Position numbers and translations under genes: made by a program. Positions 20,827 to 34,196 of a stretch of DNA of 64,000 bases are shown piece by piece. Each line of letters opens with the position of its first letter. Positions within the stretch are counted from its first letter, which is position 1. The notes below the pieces were generated by a model, which was not told where the DNA came from, searched no databases, and saw only the letters and a list, made by a program, of their open reading frames with translations. This DNA is from Hormiphora californensis (lineage: Eukaryota > Animalia > Ctenophora): contig CM035350.1 in assembly GCA_020137815.1 (NCBI GenBank), positions 434,001 to 498,000 of the forward strand, in the 5' to 3' direction.

Positions 20827-23800
20827 TCAACTTGTTCTTAACATATGCTCGTGAACACACTTCCGAAATGCCTTCCAAGATCCTGAAGGAAAGGTCGCTT
20901 CAACTGTTCCCCTCTTCCGTATTTTATCCTTCATTACCTGCGATAAGTGAAACTCTAGCCACTATTCCTATTTCAATAAAACAATGAGAGTGAATTTAGT
21001 TTTGACAACAACTACCTTCATAAATTCATCGTGTGCTAAATGTCCATCGCCATCGTCATCAAATATTTTGAAAGTTAGTTCAATGAGCCGATCTTCGAAG
21101 TTATATCCTGTGCACACCTGTACAGCCCGCTGGAATTCTTCTGGAGTAACAGGCTTCTTGGCAATCTAAATTGATATTATTACATGTGACGGAAATGAGT
21201 AATATATCTGGTGATAGCCGGGCTCGATTTATATGAGGCATAAACTCTTGCCAGTGGCACGTTATTTCAGATAGCTTTCTCCCAGCGCGCCGCTGGGAGA
21301 AGCTAGCTGTAGTTTATCCGCCACTGGCGGATAAACTGGTTTAAATCACGACGACGATCCCGAGGCGTAGCCGAGGGAGAGGCGGAGGGGTTTAAACCTA
21401 TAACGTGCCAGTGACAAGAGTTTATGGGTTATATACCCTGCTTTAGTTGTTTGTTTCAAGTATTACACACTAACAAGAGAGAGAACACTACTCAAAACAC
21501 ACAAAGAGAACTGAGAAACAGTCAAAAACACCTCATAATTGAGTGTACACTGTTTGGTAACAGTTACTAAGCAGTTGCTAAGGAAAGAGAGTGAAAGAAA
21601 TAGCCTGATAAGGGGCATGTCACACATAACACAGAGGAAGAGATAGTGAGACAAAAGGGGAGATAAAGAGAGAGTAATTGACGGAATGTGTCCTTTCTTT
21701 CTCTCCAATGTAGTGTGTAAGTGTTGCACATAGTGTTCCCTCTGTATTTTAGTAAGAACTGATCATTTACACACACTTTTAATTTTGCATAGGAGTTAAA
21801 AATAAATAACCTGCCAGCGGGAAATAATCTGCCGCTGGACTAGCTGTTTATTGAGAGCGCGCCAGTGGGACTTCTCGCCACTGGCGCATTATTTAAGTTA
21901 GCAGGGTATATAAACATATAAACTACATTTTAACATAATTTAGTTAGGTCATACTTGAAACATCCTAAGGGCTATCTCCAGTTCGTGTATATCGTTGAGA
22001 AGGTTCATAAACTGAGCATACTGAGCAAATGATACTGAATTATCCTTATCAAACTCCTTCCTCTGTTCTACTCGATCGATATATCTCTGCTGTTCCTCAT
22101 CGCCTGCCAAACAGTTTTGTAAATGATATCCGGTCTAGAAATCACCAGTTGTATCGCATTTTCTAATATTATGTAAATAACAGATTTTATTTGTCAGCAA
22201 TGTTTCTTATTAACAATAAATGTAACTGCTCTCGCCCGCTGCAGTAAACTCACATAAGGTTGTTCTGGACATGAGAAGTTCTGTAAAATCTCTGTCTGAT
22301 ATCCTCTCCTTTCCTAGACTTTTCTCCGTAAACTCGAGCTCTAGGCATTCTTTTTGAAGGTTATCAAGAAACTTAACAAAATCCTCAAATGTTATTATTC
22401 CGGAACCATCCATCTTAAAGAAATGTACCTAGGCAAAATATAATTCATTTACTTGTGTAATAATACTAATAAAAATAACATTAATTTAATAGTGCAGTGC
22501 AGTTTGTTGGAGGGGATACTTTATACTTCTCAGTGATCGGGTTTGTTGCAGAGAGGGCACTTGATAAGGAGAGGGGGAAGAGAAAGAAAATTTGCAACCA
22601 TTCAATCCCAAAAAACCGTACATTTATCCTTCCTCCTACGAGTCCGTTTAATCGAGGATTGACAGTATGCGTTATTATAGTCTTTGGAAAATAACTAAGG
22701 CGGTTCGTTATGCGCGTTACCGGTAGTTTTAGGGGTCTAGCAAACAGGAAACGGGAGATACAACCGATTCCAACTATACACGGTGTGCGGCTAGGTTGGT
22801 TTTAGATGTTGGAACACATTGGGTGGACTAAATTTCCAAAAATAGCAGGAAAAATTGAGAGGCAAGCACCTTGAACCGCCTTAGTCATTTTCCAGGGACT
22901 ATAGTCACTTGCCTCTCAATTTTTCCTGCTATTTTTGGAAATTTAGTCCACCCAATGTGTTCCAACATCTAAAACCAACCTAGCCGCACACCGTGTATAG
23001 TTGGAATCGGTTGTATCTCCCGTTTCCTGTTTGCTAGACCCCTAAAACTACACTATAATAGTGTGCCTTGCATCAGAATACCTTCAGCGTGGTGTTTTCT
23101 GGATTCTCACCGCCTTCCCCTGCTGCAAACATATTCTCCACCTGTTCAAATTCCTCCTTAGTCAGAACCCAATTGCTGTCAATGTCAATCATTTGGAAGG
23201 TCTTTAAAAAGTGATCCCTTGGCTTACTATAAATATATTATGTTATATATATATATACATGTTATTATTGGTTACTTGAAATATTATGAATTCTTGTAAA
23301 ACCTGAGGCAGTACTATAACATTCCACTGCCCTACGATTTTTTTATGTGACATTTCAGACTGCAAATTATACATCAAATAAATGCCGAAAGCATTCTCCC
23401 TGATAATCGTTTTTTTTCACGTGTGCGAAAAAGATCATATAGGGTTTAGAAATCTCGGGTGTAAATATGTAACTCACGTGACGAAATATAGATCAAAATA
23501 TGTGACGGAGATACGGTAGTGGCAACTGTGCAAGTTTATTTCAAAGTTGGAACTGAAAGCAAAATCTCCCCTCACCCTTAATTTAGAAAATTACCTGAGA
23601 ATTGACACGAGAAAGAGAAACTCCGGAAAGCTTATAACCGCATTTTCCCCCAAGTTCCGGAACAATTCTCTCTCGTTATCGTTAATATGCCGAGGTGCAC
23701 TGTCCAGGATTTTTTGGAACTGCTCAACATTGAGTTCTTCGCGAGGTTTGGGTGGTGGCTTCCCTGTTTTCCACAAAACTAAACAGTTTATGATTAAAAT

Positions 23801-24326
23801 ACAGGTGGGGGACACCGTATAAATATAGAAATCATTGTGAAAACCTGCTTGAAGAAAGTCAGTTCCTGTCATAAACATCTCAGAGTTGTAGTTCAAACTT
23901 GAAAAAGAACAGAAGTGGCTGAACATGTAGGTTTTCCGGTATCGCGATGACTCAACCTGAAACATCTTGTTGATCAAGAAGAAACATCACCTTCTCATGT
24001 TTTCATTTGAGAGCTCTCCCTGGTGGCCTTTCGCAGTCCAAATAAAATAGAGAAACAGATCAAACAGCCATGCTTAATCACACGATTCACACGAAACTTA
24101 TCTCCGGGTACATACTTCTTTCTTGGCCTCGTCCTAGCAAATTTACTTTTAACAGTAGCCCTAGTAGTAGTATTGATCTCACATTGTGTGTCTGTAACAG
24201 ACTTACATGATCGATATCGACTTCCTCATCTTCAGGATCGTCTTTAATTACCGCCAAGGTACCCACAGCTGCTGCCCATAAACCCACCGCAGCTCCACCT
24301 GGCCCCGATCTATAATTAAGGTTCAT
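20827..24326 (-). CDS. Mitochondrial calcium uptake protein, MICU2/MICU3-like EF-hand protein, spliced
   Basis: Exons give FCSFSSLNYNSEMFMTGTDFLQA, LFRNLGENAVISFPEFLFLVSIL, KPRDHFLKTFQMIDIDSNWVLTKEEF, HFFKMDGSGIITFEDF..LQKECLELEF, VTPEEFQRAVQVCTG, FKIFDDDGDGHLAHDEF and the C-terminal WKAFRKCV..*. N-terminal exons are uncertain. Confidence 0.9.
21232..21912 (+). mobile_element. ~680-bp non-autonomous element with two abutting inverted-repeat modules (Crypton-like, tentative)
   Basis: Nearly identical inverted copy at 44521-45204. IR1 CATAAACTCTTG.CA.TGGCACGTTA brackets module 1 and IR2 TATATACCCTGCT brackets module 2. Several internal palindromes. Both copies sit in TATA. Confidence 0.8.
22675..23050. 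repeat. MITE (22675-22905) followed by an inverted duplication of its own interior (22906-23050)
   Basis: TIRs TATAGTC.TTGGAAAAT.ACTAAGGCGGTTC. Region ~22726-22866 is reverse-complemented at 22907-23050. Confidence 0.8.
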
Positions 24327-24477
24327 ATTGGTTATTTGAAGAGCAAGCTACGAGAGCATTGAGTTTCATAAGCAACAATGAGCAATGGCCCATGTACTGT
24401 TTTGTGTAGTCCAGTGACAATATAGTGTGTAATACACACTATACACACTGTGTATCTCACTTATATTACCAGGCAGT

Positions 24478-24800
24478 TAGGGCGCGAACAGACTGTCCAT
24501 GCGTGATCATGTTCATTATTTTGACCAAGTCGCCAGTGCAAGCTTGGTCAAATGACCAAATTTTGTCAGTCTGTGCGACTTGGTCAAAATCTTGCCCACA
24601 TTATGGGCATGGGCAAGATTTTGACCAAGTCGCACAGACTGACAAAAATTGGTCATTTGACTAAGATTGAAGAGTAAAAACTGAAACTAATTCATAACAT
24701 ATCGAAATCCACTGAACCCGACTAATTTTGATACGCTGCACTGGCGACTTGGTCAAAATAATGGACATGATCACGCATGGACAGTCTGTGTGCGCGCTTA
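24478..24800. mobile_element. MITE with ~60-bp TIRs and internal palindrome
   Basis: ACAGACTGTCCATGCGTGATCATGT..TTGACCAAGTCGCCAGTGCA is inverted at 24737-24790. Perfect internal arms at 24549-24662. Confidence 0.75.
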
Positions 24801-25486
24801 CCTAGTGTTATTGGTGCGCTGACGGTGGTGCTGCCAACTAAACGGCTCCTTTTGCAGTAATGACACAGGAGAAAACCTTAAAGTCGCTCTCGTAAATTGA
24901 CTCAAACAGTGCATCCTTTGCATACTAAAAGGATACTAATTATTATTAATATGAACACAAATTACTGTATGGTATTGATATGTATCAATGGTTGTCACAG
25001 TAAAAACGGAAATAGAAAACGAAGATACAGTAAGACGACGCGCAACCGTGACCAATCAGGGCGCTAGTACGTGCTGACACATGAACTTTTTGCCGCGCGT
25101 TATGTACCGTGCGCGTCTCCTTACTGTATTTTGCGTTACCGTATTTTGACTGCAAGCAGCACTGTTAACTAGATAAGATAAACCAAAGAAAGCTACGTAA
25201 AATCAATTTTTTTATAAAGTGACAGGCGTTGTATTTGCGTGTGACAAATGTTTTTGCCTACCTATATCTCTAGTTCCTGATAAGATAAAGAATTGATCTT
25301 TATTGTAATTGGACTAAAAATGATCTTTCTAATGCTTCCGGAAACAAGAATTTCGATTATCACCCGCAATTACAAATGCGTAACCCAATCTCCCTAGATT
25401 AAAAATTCGACTTTTTGTTGAGAAGAATATGAGAATGAAAACTGAGAACAATATGTGGTCGATTGATATTGTATAGTTCCTTTTCA

Positions 25487-25807
25487 TACAGAGTGTTCAT
25501 TTTAGATCTTTACAAGCGTTGGGCTTCACCCAGAAAAAAGTTGGCAAAATTAGCTTATGAAACTTCATACTTGGACTATTCTTAACCTCATACAAGATTC
25601 CTGAGCTGGGGTTTCGGAGATTTAGCACCACAGAAAATGTGTTTTTGGCATCAAAATTACCAGAAGGAATTGTTTGCTGTTGCTAAGCCTTTTATTTTTA
25701 TTTGCTAAGATGTTTTTAAGTATTTTCTATGTCAATCCCAAGTTTCATGGTGATTCGATGTGTTTTTAGCCCAACGCTTGTATAGATCCATAATTAACAC
25801 CCTGTAC
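25487..25807. mobile_element. Tc1/mariner-like MITE
   Basis: TA|CAGAGTGTT...TACAAGCGTTGGGCT and AGCCCAACGCTTGTA...AACACCCTG|TA. Confidence 0.65.
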
Positions 25808-27596
25808 AACTATGCTATGAGATCTAGGCCTCAAGAATACCAGTAGGTATAATTCATATACATAGGACTATTATAAAAACGCAAAGTAGGAAACAAAATT
25901 AAACATATATATAAATATAGGCCATTACATCCGTCCTACACAAGTGCATGTTTGCTATTCGTAGTGATCTGAACACGTCATATACAATCATACACACCCA
26001 ATTGTAGTGTTTACACAGTGTACAAAATAGAGCTTTCCCGTGTGGGGAGTAAACAGGGACCGACCCTCTGATCTATTAAATACATTATGCGAAAGATTAA
26101 ATAGAAAGAGAAGAAAGGGAGATAGAGAGAAGAAAGGGAGGTGGGGAAATAAGAGAGAAAGAAAAGGAGATGGAGAAAACAAGAGAGAAGAGCAGTGAAC
26201 GATGAGTGGTTGGGTATAATAATTGTAGAGAGAAGATGGAGGAAAGAGCAAAGAGCAAATGGTTTGTATAGAAGCGAGTGATGTGTACAACATATAGCTC
26301 TCTAACCTGCTATTCTGTACAGCTGTATAATTATAGTCGCTTCTCTCTCTCACTACTGCCTCGCGAGAGAGAGACTCGGAGAGCGCGAGCTCCTCTCGCT
26401 CGGAGCCTCTCTGCGTCTCTCTTCTCTCGCTCGCATTCTCGCTCTCTTCTCTCCTCTCTCTCGCTCTCTCCGCTCTCTCTCTACTCTCTCTCATCTCTCT
26501 CTCTCTCCTCTCTCTCTCTCTCCTCTCTCGCTCCTCTCTCAAGGCGCGGTCTGCAGTCCGTTAGCCTGATGTCGCTACGACCGAAGAATCTCCAAGGTGA
26601 CTCCAAGGTGACTCTCTCACACACACACACACACGTACACACACGAATGGATTCAACATCCTTCATCAATGCTTATTATGTACCACTAGCAGAAGAACCT
26701 ATAAGTACTCCGTGGTTTAAATTTATATGAGAGAAATTCCAGAGAAAGATCCCACTTACACTTTACAGCATGAACCGCTGTCACTGTATGTGTTTCCATG
26801 TCTACTACCATGCTGTGAATACCAGTCACGGTGTCACACCACTTCGCTGATTACCTTAATACTGATACCCGATCAGTAAAGGGGTAATCAGTATAGTGAC
26901 CAAAAATTGGGTTCTATGACCTGTATACACCGACCATATGAGACACGGAATCTGATCAGTGTACAAACCGCCAGTTTCACAAAATGCAAATTTTTATGAA
27001 GGGAGTAGTGAAAAAAAAAACATGGACACCAAAATCATCAGCGGCCTCGAGTTAGTGGGGGTATGTGCCAAAATGAAGTCTCCACCTCATCTGATTCGAG
27101 GGATAATGGGATATTTTCATAATGCGCATGACTTTTTTGGGGCTAGACTAGTTTTAAATGGTTTATGAGTGACTAAAGGCTTTTCAAAGGGGTGCATCTT
27201 GTTCGGAATATACAAGTTTATATGAGAGTTAATTATGAAGCAACATAGGGCTTATCTCCAACGGTTTAGGAGATACGAGTTTTTGAAGTTTTTGAAGTTT
27301 TTGAAGTTTTCCACCCTAAGTTTCTCTTTGAAATTGTAGTGAAATGCAATGCGCAAACCAAACGTCCGGGATCGCTTACGGGCATCTGGTAGGGGCGATT
27401 CTTTCGCGCCCCCGTAATCCCCTGTGTAAGGCAGATGAATACTGCAAACAGACGAAATAGTAAGTTCTTTTATAACTTTAATCGCCTGATCATCATCTGA
27501 CGTTCTGAAACCAGAAACTCGCAGCGATCCCGCCTGAGCTCCTTCTACGGTACCGTAACTTAAGATGAGATAGTGCATGTCATTAGTTAGACTGAT

Positions 27597-27673
27597 GATG
27601 TCAGTGTTCCCTAATCCAGCTACCAATATACCAGTTCCCCGAAATTCGCCCGTAGGGCGAACGGGTTTACTAG
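27597..27673 (+). mobile_element. Helitron 3' terminus (5' end not determined)
   Basis: Hairpin TTCGCCC-GTA-GGGCGAA, then CTAG|T. Homologous to the inverted end at 48938-49008. Confidence 0.75.
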
Positions 27674-27683
27674 TTACAATAGA

Positions 27684-28730
27684 GGTAATTGGTAGTCATA
27701 TCTAGAGTTATGACTGTCTTAAATATATGACGATTTTAATACCACCGATAAAAAAGCGATTTAGCATCTAGAAGCTGATTGTATCAGATATATCTTATTA
27801 CCAATGCTTATCCGTGATCATTATCCGTGAATGATAATCAAAATCATAGATAAATCGTCAATCGTGGAGAACCAATCGCGGATATCAATCGCTGATAACC
27901 AATAAATAATAGTACATATAGTAATCGCGGATAACTAACCACGATAACTTATCGCGAAGTAATATATTAGTAACCAATGAATTTCAGATAGCTAATCGCA
28001 GATAGCTTATAATCGCGATAGCTAATCGCGATAGCTAATGATCGCGATAACTTAAACTAATCGCGATAACTTATAACGGATTCGTGATCAGCTATCCGCG
28101 ATTGGTTGTCTGCGATTACTATCATATTAGTTATTCGCAATTGATAACCAAGATTGGATATTTGCGATTATTATGAGGCTACCTACGATCGAAAATGGCC
28201 GTGAATCCCCAATCCGCACGTTTATTAAACTCAGTTGTTTTGTACAACAGTCTAACTTGGCAAAAATTCAGCTAAGTAGTATTACAAAATGCATGTCAAA
28301 ATGCCTGATACTAGATCCAAAAACAAGTTTGGTGGATAGCCGGGGCCGCAGAAATTAAAAAACGTGCGAAATTTTTGATACATGAACTTTCGGGGCCTGG
28401 GGTGCTGTTAAATTCGCGTTTCCATGATAATCAGCCGTTCTTTCAAAACACACTATTATAATATTATTCTGTAAAACAGACTCTAAAACGACCCACTGTA
28501 CACACTGCACTATATGTGACATGTGTGGATCTGTATATATATGTATGATAATGTGGAATAAAAAATAATGATATTTTTATCATTGCGATAGTTTTCCTGG
28601 CGTATAGTTTGAAAATGTTGCTGGTTTCATGGAAACGCGAATTTAACAGCACCCCAGGCCCCGAAAGTTCATGTATCAAAACTTTCGCACGTTTTTTTCA
28701 TTTCTGCGGCCCCGGCTATCCACCACACTC
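27684..28730 (-). mobile_element. Family R, partial inverted copy
   Basis: Reverse complement of ~1240-1705 plus the 5' hairpin module (28309-28725). Confidence 0.75.
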
Positions 28731-28890
28731 GAGGAAATACCCGCCCGAGCGGTATGGCATTATACCGCAATTATACTTGTTGTTGTGTATGAGAATCAAA
28801 AGAATGCAAATGCTTGTAAAACAACTTCGCTTATGTTTGCTACACATTTATAATAATCGACCTGATAATATATTTATTTTGTTTTAGATA

Positions 28891-29033
28891 CAGTCGGACC
28901 CCGATTTACCGGGATGCTCGGGGGAAAAGGTTTTGACCGTTAAATTTCCTATATCGGGAGAATTTTATCCTCCCGGTAAATTGGGGTTCCGGTAAATCGG
29001 GGGGCCGGGGTCCGGTAAATCGGGGTTCGACTG
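28891..29033. mobile_element. Tigger/pogo-type MITE just 3' of the Kv stop codon
   Basis: TA|CAGTCGGACCCCGATTTACCGG ... CCGGTAAATCGGGGTTCGACTG|TA. Relatives at 51139-51294 and 51903-51980. Confidence 0.85.
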
Positions 29034-29057
29034 TATCTTCAATATCTTATTACCTTT

Positions 29058-31738
29058 TCACACTGCATTGTTTTTGTTCAACACATCATTATCAGAAGTA
29101 AGTACATTATGAACTCTATTTTGTAGATTTGCCAAGTTCTTCAAAGTGCCTTCTGCATCCCTTGATACACCTTCTTCTCTTCTTTTTGAGAAGGTATCAC
29201 TCTTCATAATCGCATGCGATACGTTGACTTTTCTTTTCCTATGCTTGAGAACGGCTCCGTAGCTTGCGTTCTCGGCTAAAATTTCCTCACACTTTTCATC
29301 CAGCTTCTGCTTAAGCTCCCTCACGCTGGATCGCCTGATGAGTTTCTGGATAAGCTCTTCCGATCCAAAAACTTTCCACGGGTGTTCTTTTCGAGAGATC
29401 TTTTCGTACTCCAGACTGAACCGTCTAATAATAAAGGTCATTGGCAGTGCAGTTAATATGGTTGAACCAATAATAGTTACCACAGCAACTGCTTTACCTG
29501 GTAGGTAGGTTGGAACTATCTCCCCATACCCTATCATAGCCATGGTAACTTGGGCCCACCATGTTGACTCCATAATACTTGTCATTGTAGTGTTGGTGGT
29601 TCCTGTGTAAAGCATATCTACTACCGTGTTTTCAGCTATATAGCAAATGCTACCTGCCAAAAGAATCCCAGTTATCCAGACAACTAACAACGCTCCTAGT
29701 TCGGGCCAACAGTCCCCAAGAATCTTCAGAATGACGCGAAGTTTCTCAGACCGTCTTATGATTTTAAAGCATCGTGCCACACGGAATAATTTGAATACCT
29801 TGAACACCATGAGACCTTTCGAATTTCCCATGCCATTGTTGTCATCGTTAGTTAAGCCTGTTATTGTCATGTAGTAGGGGATCAAGGCGAGAATGTCGAA
29901 CCAAGTTGTAATGTCCTTAATGAAAGCTAACTTTTCCAGAGAAACTAACCAGCGGAATACAAAATCAAACGTAAAAAACGTGGCCCCGATGTATGTAGCT
30001 AATTTGAGATTGTAAAAATCGCTCACATAAGAATGGCTTTTTAAGTAGGCATTAAAGGTAGGATCATCCTCTATGATCAGATCAACGATCGAAATTGTAA
30101 TGAGTATTAGCTCCAGAAGCATGTACAAAAACGCATAATTTGAAGACTTGTGATCATTGAAATATGCAAACGCTCTTTCTTTACTTCCCCTATATTCAAA
30201 CTTCAGGTTTTTGAACGTATTGTTCAAGTCTCTCCATCCAATTCCAAAGAAATCGAGTTCCATCTGTAGCAGATTTTCGTTAAGGTGTGCAGGGAATTCT
30301 ATCATGCTGTCAGAGAGGTAAAAGTGCATTATGTACTCGAAAATTGTTCGATTCCTGTCAAAGAAGTAAGCACCAATGGAGGGCTCATAGTACTTTTCAA
30401 CTTCAGGGCTACCAAGTAAAGTTTGAGGATATCTTGCCACTCTTTCCCTGAAAAAGATAAAATTATTTGGTCAATTATTGTCAGAAATCATCTAGGGTTG
30501 GGAAAAAAACATAATTTGGTGCTTGCTAAGCTAGAGTTAGCTCTATTACTGTTTGTATGTGTGTATGAGCGTTTCTAAGTCGACAGCAAACACGATTAGT
30601 GCATAAGGTTTCAGCACTTTACGGATTTCTCTTTTGCACCCTACTTTTGCACCCTACTAGTAAATACAAAAGTTAGGCGCTGATTTATACACAATGAAAT
30701 TGTGTAATTTATAGCAAAGCAAAAATTATGTAGATTTAACAAAACATAATATTGATAACAATTGCATGGAAGTGACCGAAGTAGGTGAAAACGAAGAACA
30801 ATTTTTGAGCAGGTTAATTCCAAGTATAAAAATTGTTTCACGAACCTTGGGAGCGCAAAGATTTCTCCCGAAATGCAAATTTCCATCACATCATAGTATT
30901 GTGCTGCATTTATTCCCTGAGCCCGAGCACGGGCCAGCTTAGCCTGTTCTTCCACGGAGAGATTGTTTCTCTTCTTTCGTTTCTTTTTTTTCTTTTTTTT
31001 CTCTCCTGATACTTCGCTCTATTGAAGGATTGCAGTGTATGAAAAGCACGGATAAAATCGACTCTTGAATAGTATGTAATTATATAAATTTAGATTTGAT
31101 ATTACTAAAAAGCAAGTATGAGTGAACAATATCGAAGGCAATTAACACAGATAGGGAAGGACACTTATAAGGACAGGGAAGGACATTAAGGATATTAGGG
31201 ACATTAGGGACAGTAAAGGACAGTAAAGGACATTAGGGACAGGGAAGGACAGTAAAGGACAGTAAAGGGCAGTAAAGGACATTAGGGACAGGGAAGGACA
31301 GTAAAGGACAATAGGGACAGTAAAGGACAGTAAAGGACATTACGGACAGGGAAGGGCAGTAAAGGACAGGGAAGGACAGTAAAGGAGAGGGAAGGACAGT
31401 AAAGGACATGGCAGGACATTAAGGACGTTAGGGACAGTAAAGGACAGTAAAGGACATTAAGGACAGTAAAGGACAGGGAAGGACAGTAAAGGACATTAGG
31501 GACAGTAAAGGACAGTAAAGGACATTAAGGACAGTAAAGGACAGTAAAGGACATCAAGGACAGTAAAGGACAGGGAAGGACAGTAAAGGACAGTAATGAA
31601 GGACATTAAGGACAGTAAAGGACAGTAAAGGACATTAAGGACAATAAAGGACAGGGAAGGAAAGCCTCTCGCTAGCGAGAGAGTAGAGAGCACGAGAGAG
31701 ATGAGAGCGAGAGAGAGCGAGAGAGAGAGAGAGAGGAG

Positions 31739-31770
<32 letters not shown>

Positions 31771-31774
31771 GAGA

Positions 31775-31841
<67 letters not shown>

Positions 31842-31863
31842 GAGAGAGAGAGAAGAGAGGAGA

Positions 31864-31917
<54 letters not shown>

Positions 31918-32034
31918 GAGAGATAGAGAAGAGAGAGTGAGTGAGAGAGAGAGGGAGAGAGAGAGAGAGCAGAGAAGAGAGAGAGAGAGAGAGAGAGAGA
32001 TAGTCTCAGTGAGCTCGCTCTCTCTCTCTCCGTA

Positions 32035-32094
<60 letters not shown>

Positions 32095-32801
32095 GGGCAA
32101 AGGTGTTGCAGTTTGACAACAAAATGGTCACCTTTCCAGCCAACTAATTTCTGTTAGTTTTATGCATAATTGGGGTATATTTTTGGTATTTTCTGATGTG
32201 AAATACGATGTAAGACATGTCTGGACGTCAGGAATCGCTAAAATACGAAAATTTCAATTTTGATGTCATTATGACGTCATAGCGTGACGTCAGACGTCAC
32301 GTAGTTATAACGTCATGATAGGGATGTATTATTATCAGCCTCATCTAGATAAAGATGCTGACCAAGTTTGAGATCGATTGGATAAGATTTGAGGTCTTTA
32401 TGGCGAAAAACGTACTATCGTCATATCTATTTTCATACAGTCTTAACACTTCAGACGCGATTTGAGACCCTTAGAAATTCGCAAATTCACAAATTCGCGA
32501 TATAGTTTCTGAAAGTATAGACGATTATCTATCGCTGTGGTCACCGTTTTTCAATCAGAAGCCGTCTTCAGGGTGTAAATTGAGCTCAAAGAAATTTGGT
32601 TGATTTGAAAAATGTCTTATCTTTATGACAGTTTGTTAAGACGTTCTGGTTGGATCTAGAACATGAAAAATATTCGTCTACACAATTTGAACGATCTTCT
32701 TTCGAATGCAACAAACGAGAAGTGTCTATCTTATGTCGTTTTCTCTCAAAAATGATTATAAATTTGGTAAAAACAGCGTCTATCCATCGATACATAGATA
32801 C

Positions 32802-32836
<35 letters not shown>

Positions 32837-33754
32837 TATAGACCCGGGACATTTATTGCTTTTTTCACGATGCCATATCTCTAAAACTAAAAGAGATAGA
32901 GACCTGCCCTTTTAAATTACAGTAGATATAGACTATATGACACTGTATACCAAATTTCAGACCGATCGGTGCTGTGGGGGCCTCGCTATGGGCGTCGCAG
33001 ATTGCAGAATGCCATTTTTGGCTAAAAACTGAAAAAAGTTATTATTGCACTCTGGCACGCACGGCTGGGGGAGGAGATGGTCACCTTTGCGCTTGCCAGC
33101 GCAGTGACTAATTTGGTAGCCAGTTATGGAGTTTTTATCCTAGAAATGATATATTTTGTAATAATTGCCAGCGCGCACCTCAGCCGATAGGGTCACAGAT
33201 GACCCCATAGTGCCTGTACCATGTAAAGACCGGAGCATAATCATGCATCTAATCACCGAATGCAAATAAAGCATGAAATGCAATAAAAGATTCCTTTGAG
33301 ACAATCTGACAGAGCCCAAAAACGAGCTTTATTCCAAACTGTGGCAGTGAAATGTTTGCATTCCATTTGAGACCGATATAGGGTCACTGGTGACCCCACA
33401 GAAACAAAGTTCATAGAGGCGAGTTTTTTGGTTCTGCTTTCAAATAGGCTTGTTAGGAGTGTCTCCAGCAATTTTCAGACAGTTTTGTCTATGGCGCTAC
33501 TATCGGTCCCAAAGGGTTAAACAGTATTCATTGTAAGATTTAAACTTATGAGCGTTTACCCACACTGAATTACCCCACATTGATGATATGCGGTGCATAT
33601 AACTCACCGTTTGATTTGAGCTAACTCCGCTATCGATCTTTGAGAGAGTTGAAGTAGATATCCTTTGGCGTCTATGGAAGGTTTTTCTCCTCAAAGTGAG
33701 GAGTGTTGCGGAGATAACTCCGTTCCACTGCGATCCTGCTTGGGCAGAAAACAT
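29058..33754 (-). CDS. Voltage-gated K+ channel-like subunit, Shaker superfamily, with atypical pore (TMAMIGYGE)
   Basis: Main exon 30447-29058 (T1 YPQTLLG..YFFDRNR..ELDFFG; S3 WFDILALIPYY; S4 FKVFKLFRVARCFKIIRRS; pore; S6). It joins in phase to exon 31018-30846 (polybasic K7RKKR, T1 start ICISGEIF). A putative first exon 33754-33608 (ACG|GTGAGT, phase 0) is less certain. Confidence 0.92.
31152..31660. repeat. AAAGGACAGT-type minisatellite in a Kv intron
   Basis: 9-10-bp GGACA-core units, directly visible. Confidence 0.95.
32093..33103 (+). mobile_element. Non-autonomous repeat related to 2863-3663
   Basis: Shared blocks. Ends in a G-rich tract plus TGCGCT-TGCC-AGCGCA. Confidence 0.55.
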
Positions 33755-33810
33755 ATCACTCGATACGACAGTACTACTGCATAACTACGTGTATAGTGTA
33801 AACTAGGCAT

Positions 33811-33963
<153 letters not shown>

Positions 33964-34196
33964 ATAAGATTTCTACTCATGTTCTACTCATGTTCCCATG
34001 AGTGTAAGAACTGGAAAGCACTGCCCTTGATCAGCACTTTCCTGTTCGTGAAACCTATAACATCAAGTTAAAAATCCACTCACACACATACATATATATT
34101 CCGGGGTCTTATCGTTAGGTATCAAAACATAAACACTGAAGGGGGTCTAAACAAAAGGAGCCTGCTGCCACTTCTTAGCTAGTACAGGGGAGAAAG

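Noticed and set aside
31672-32100. RE/SL-repeat ORFs
   Set aside because: GA microsatellite translations.
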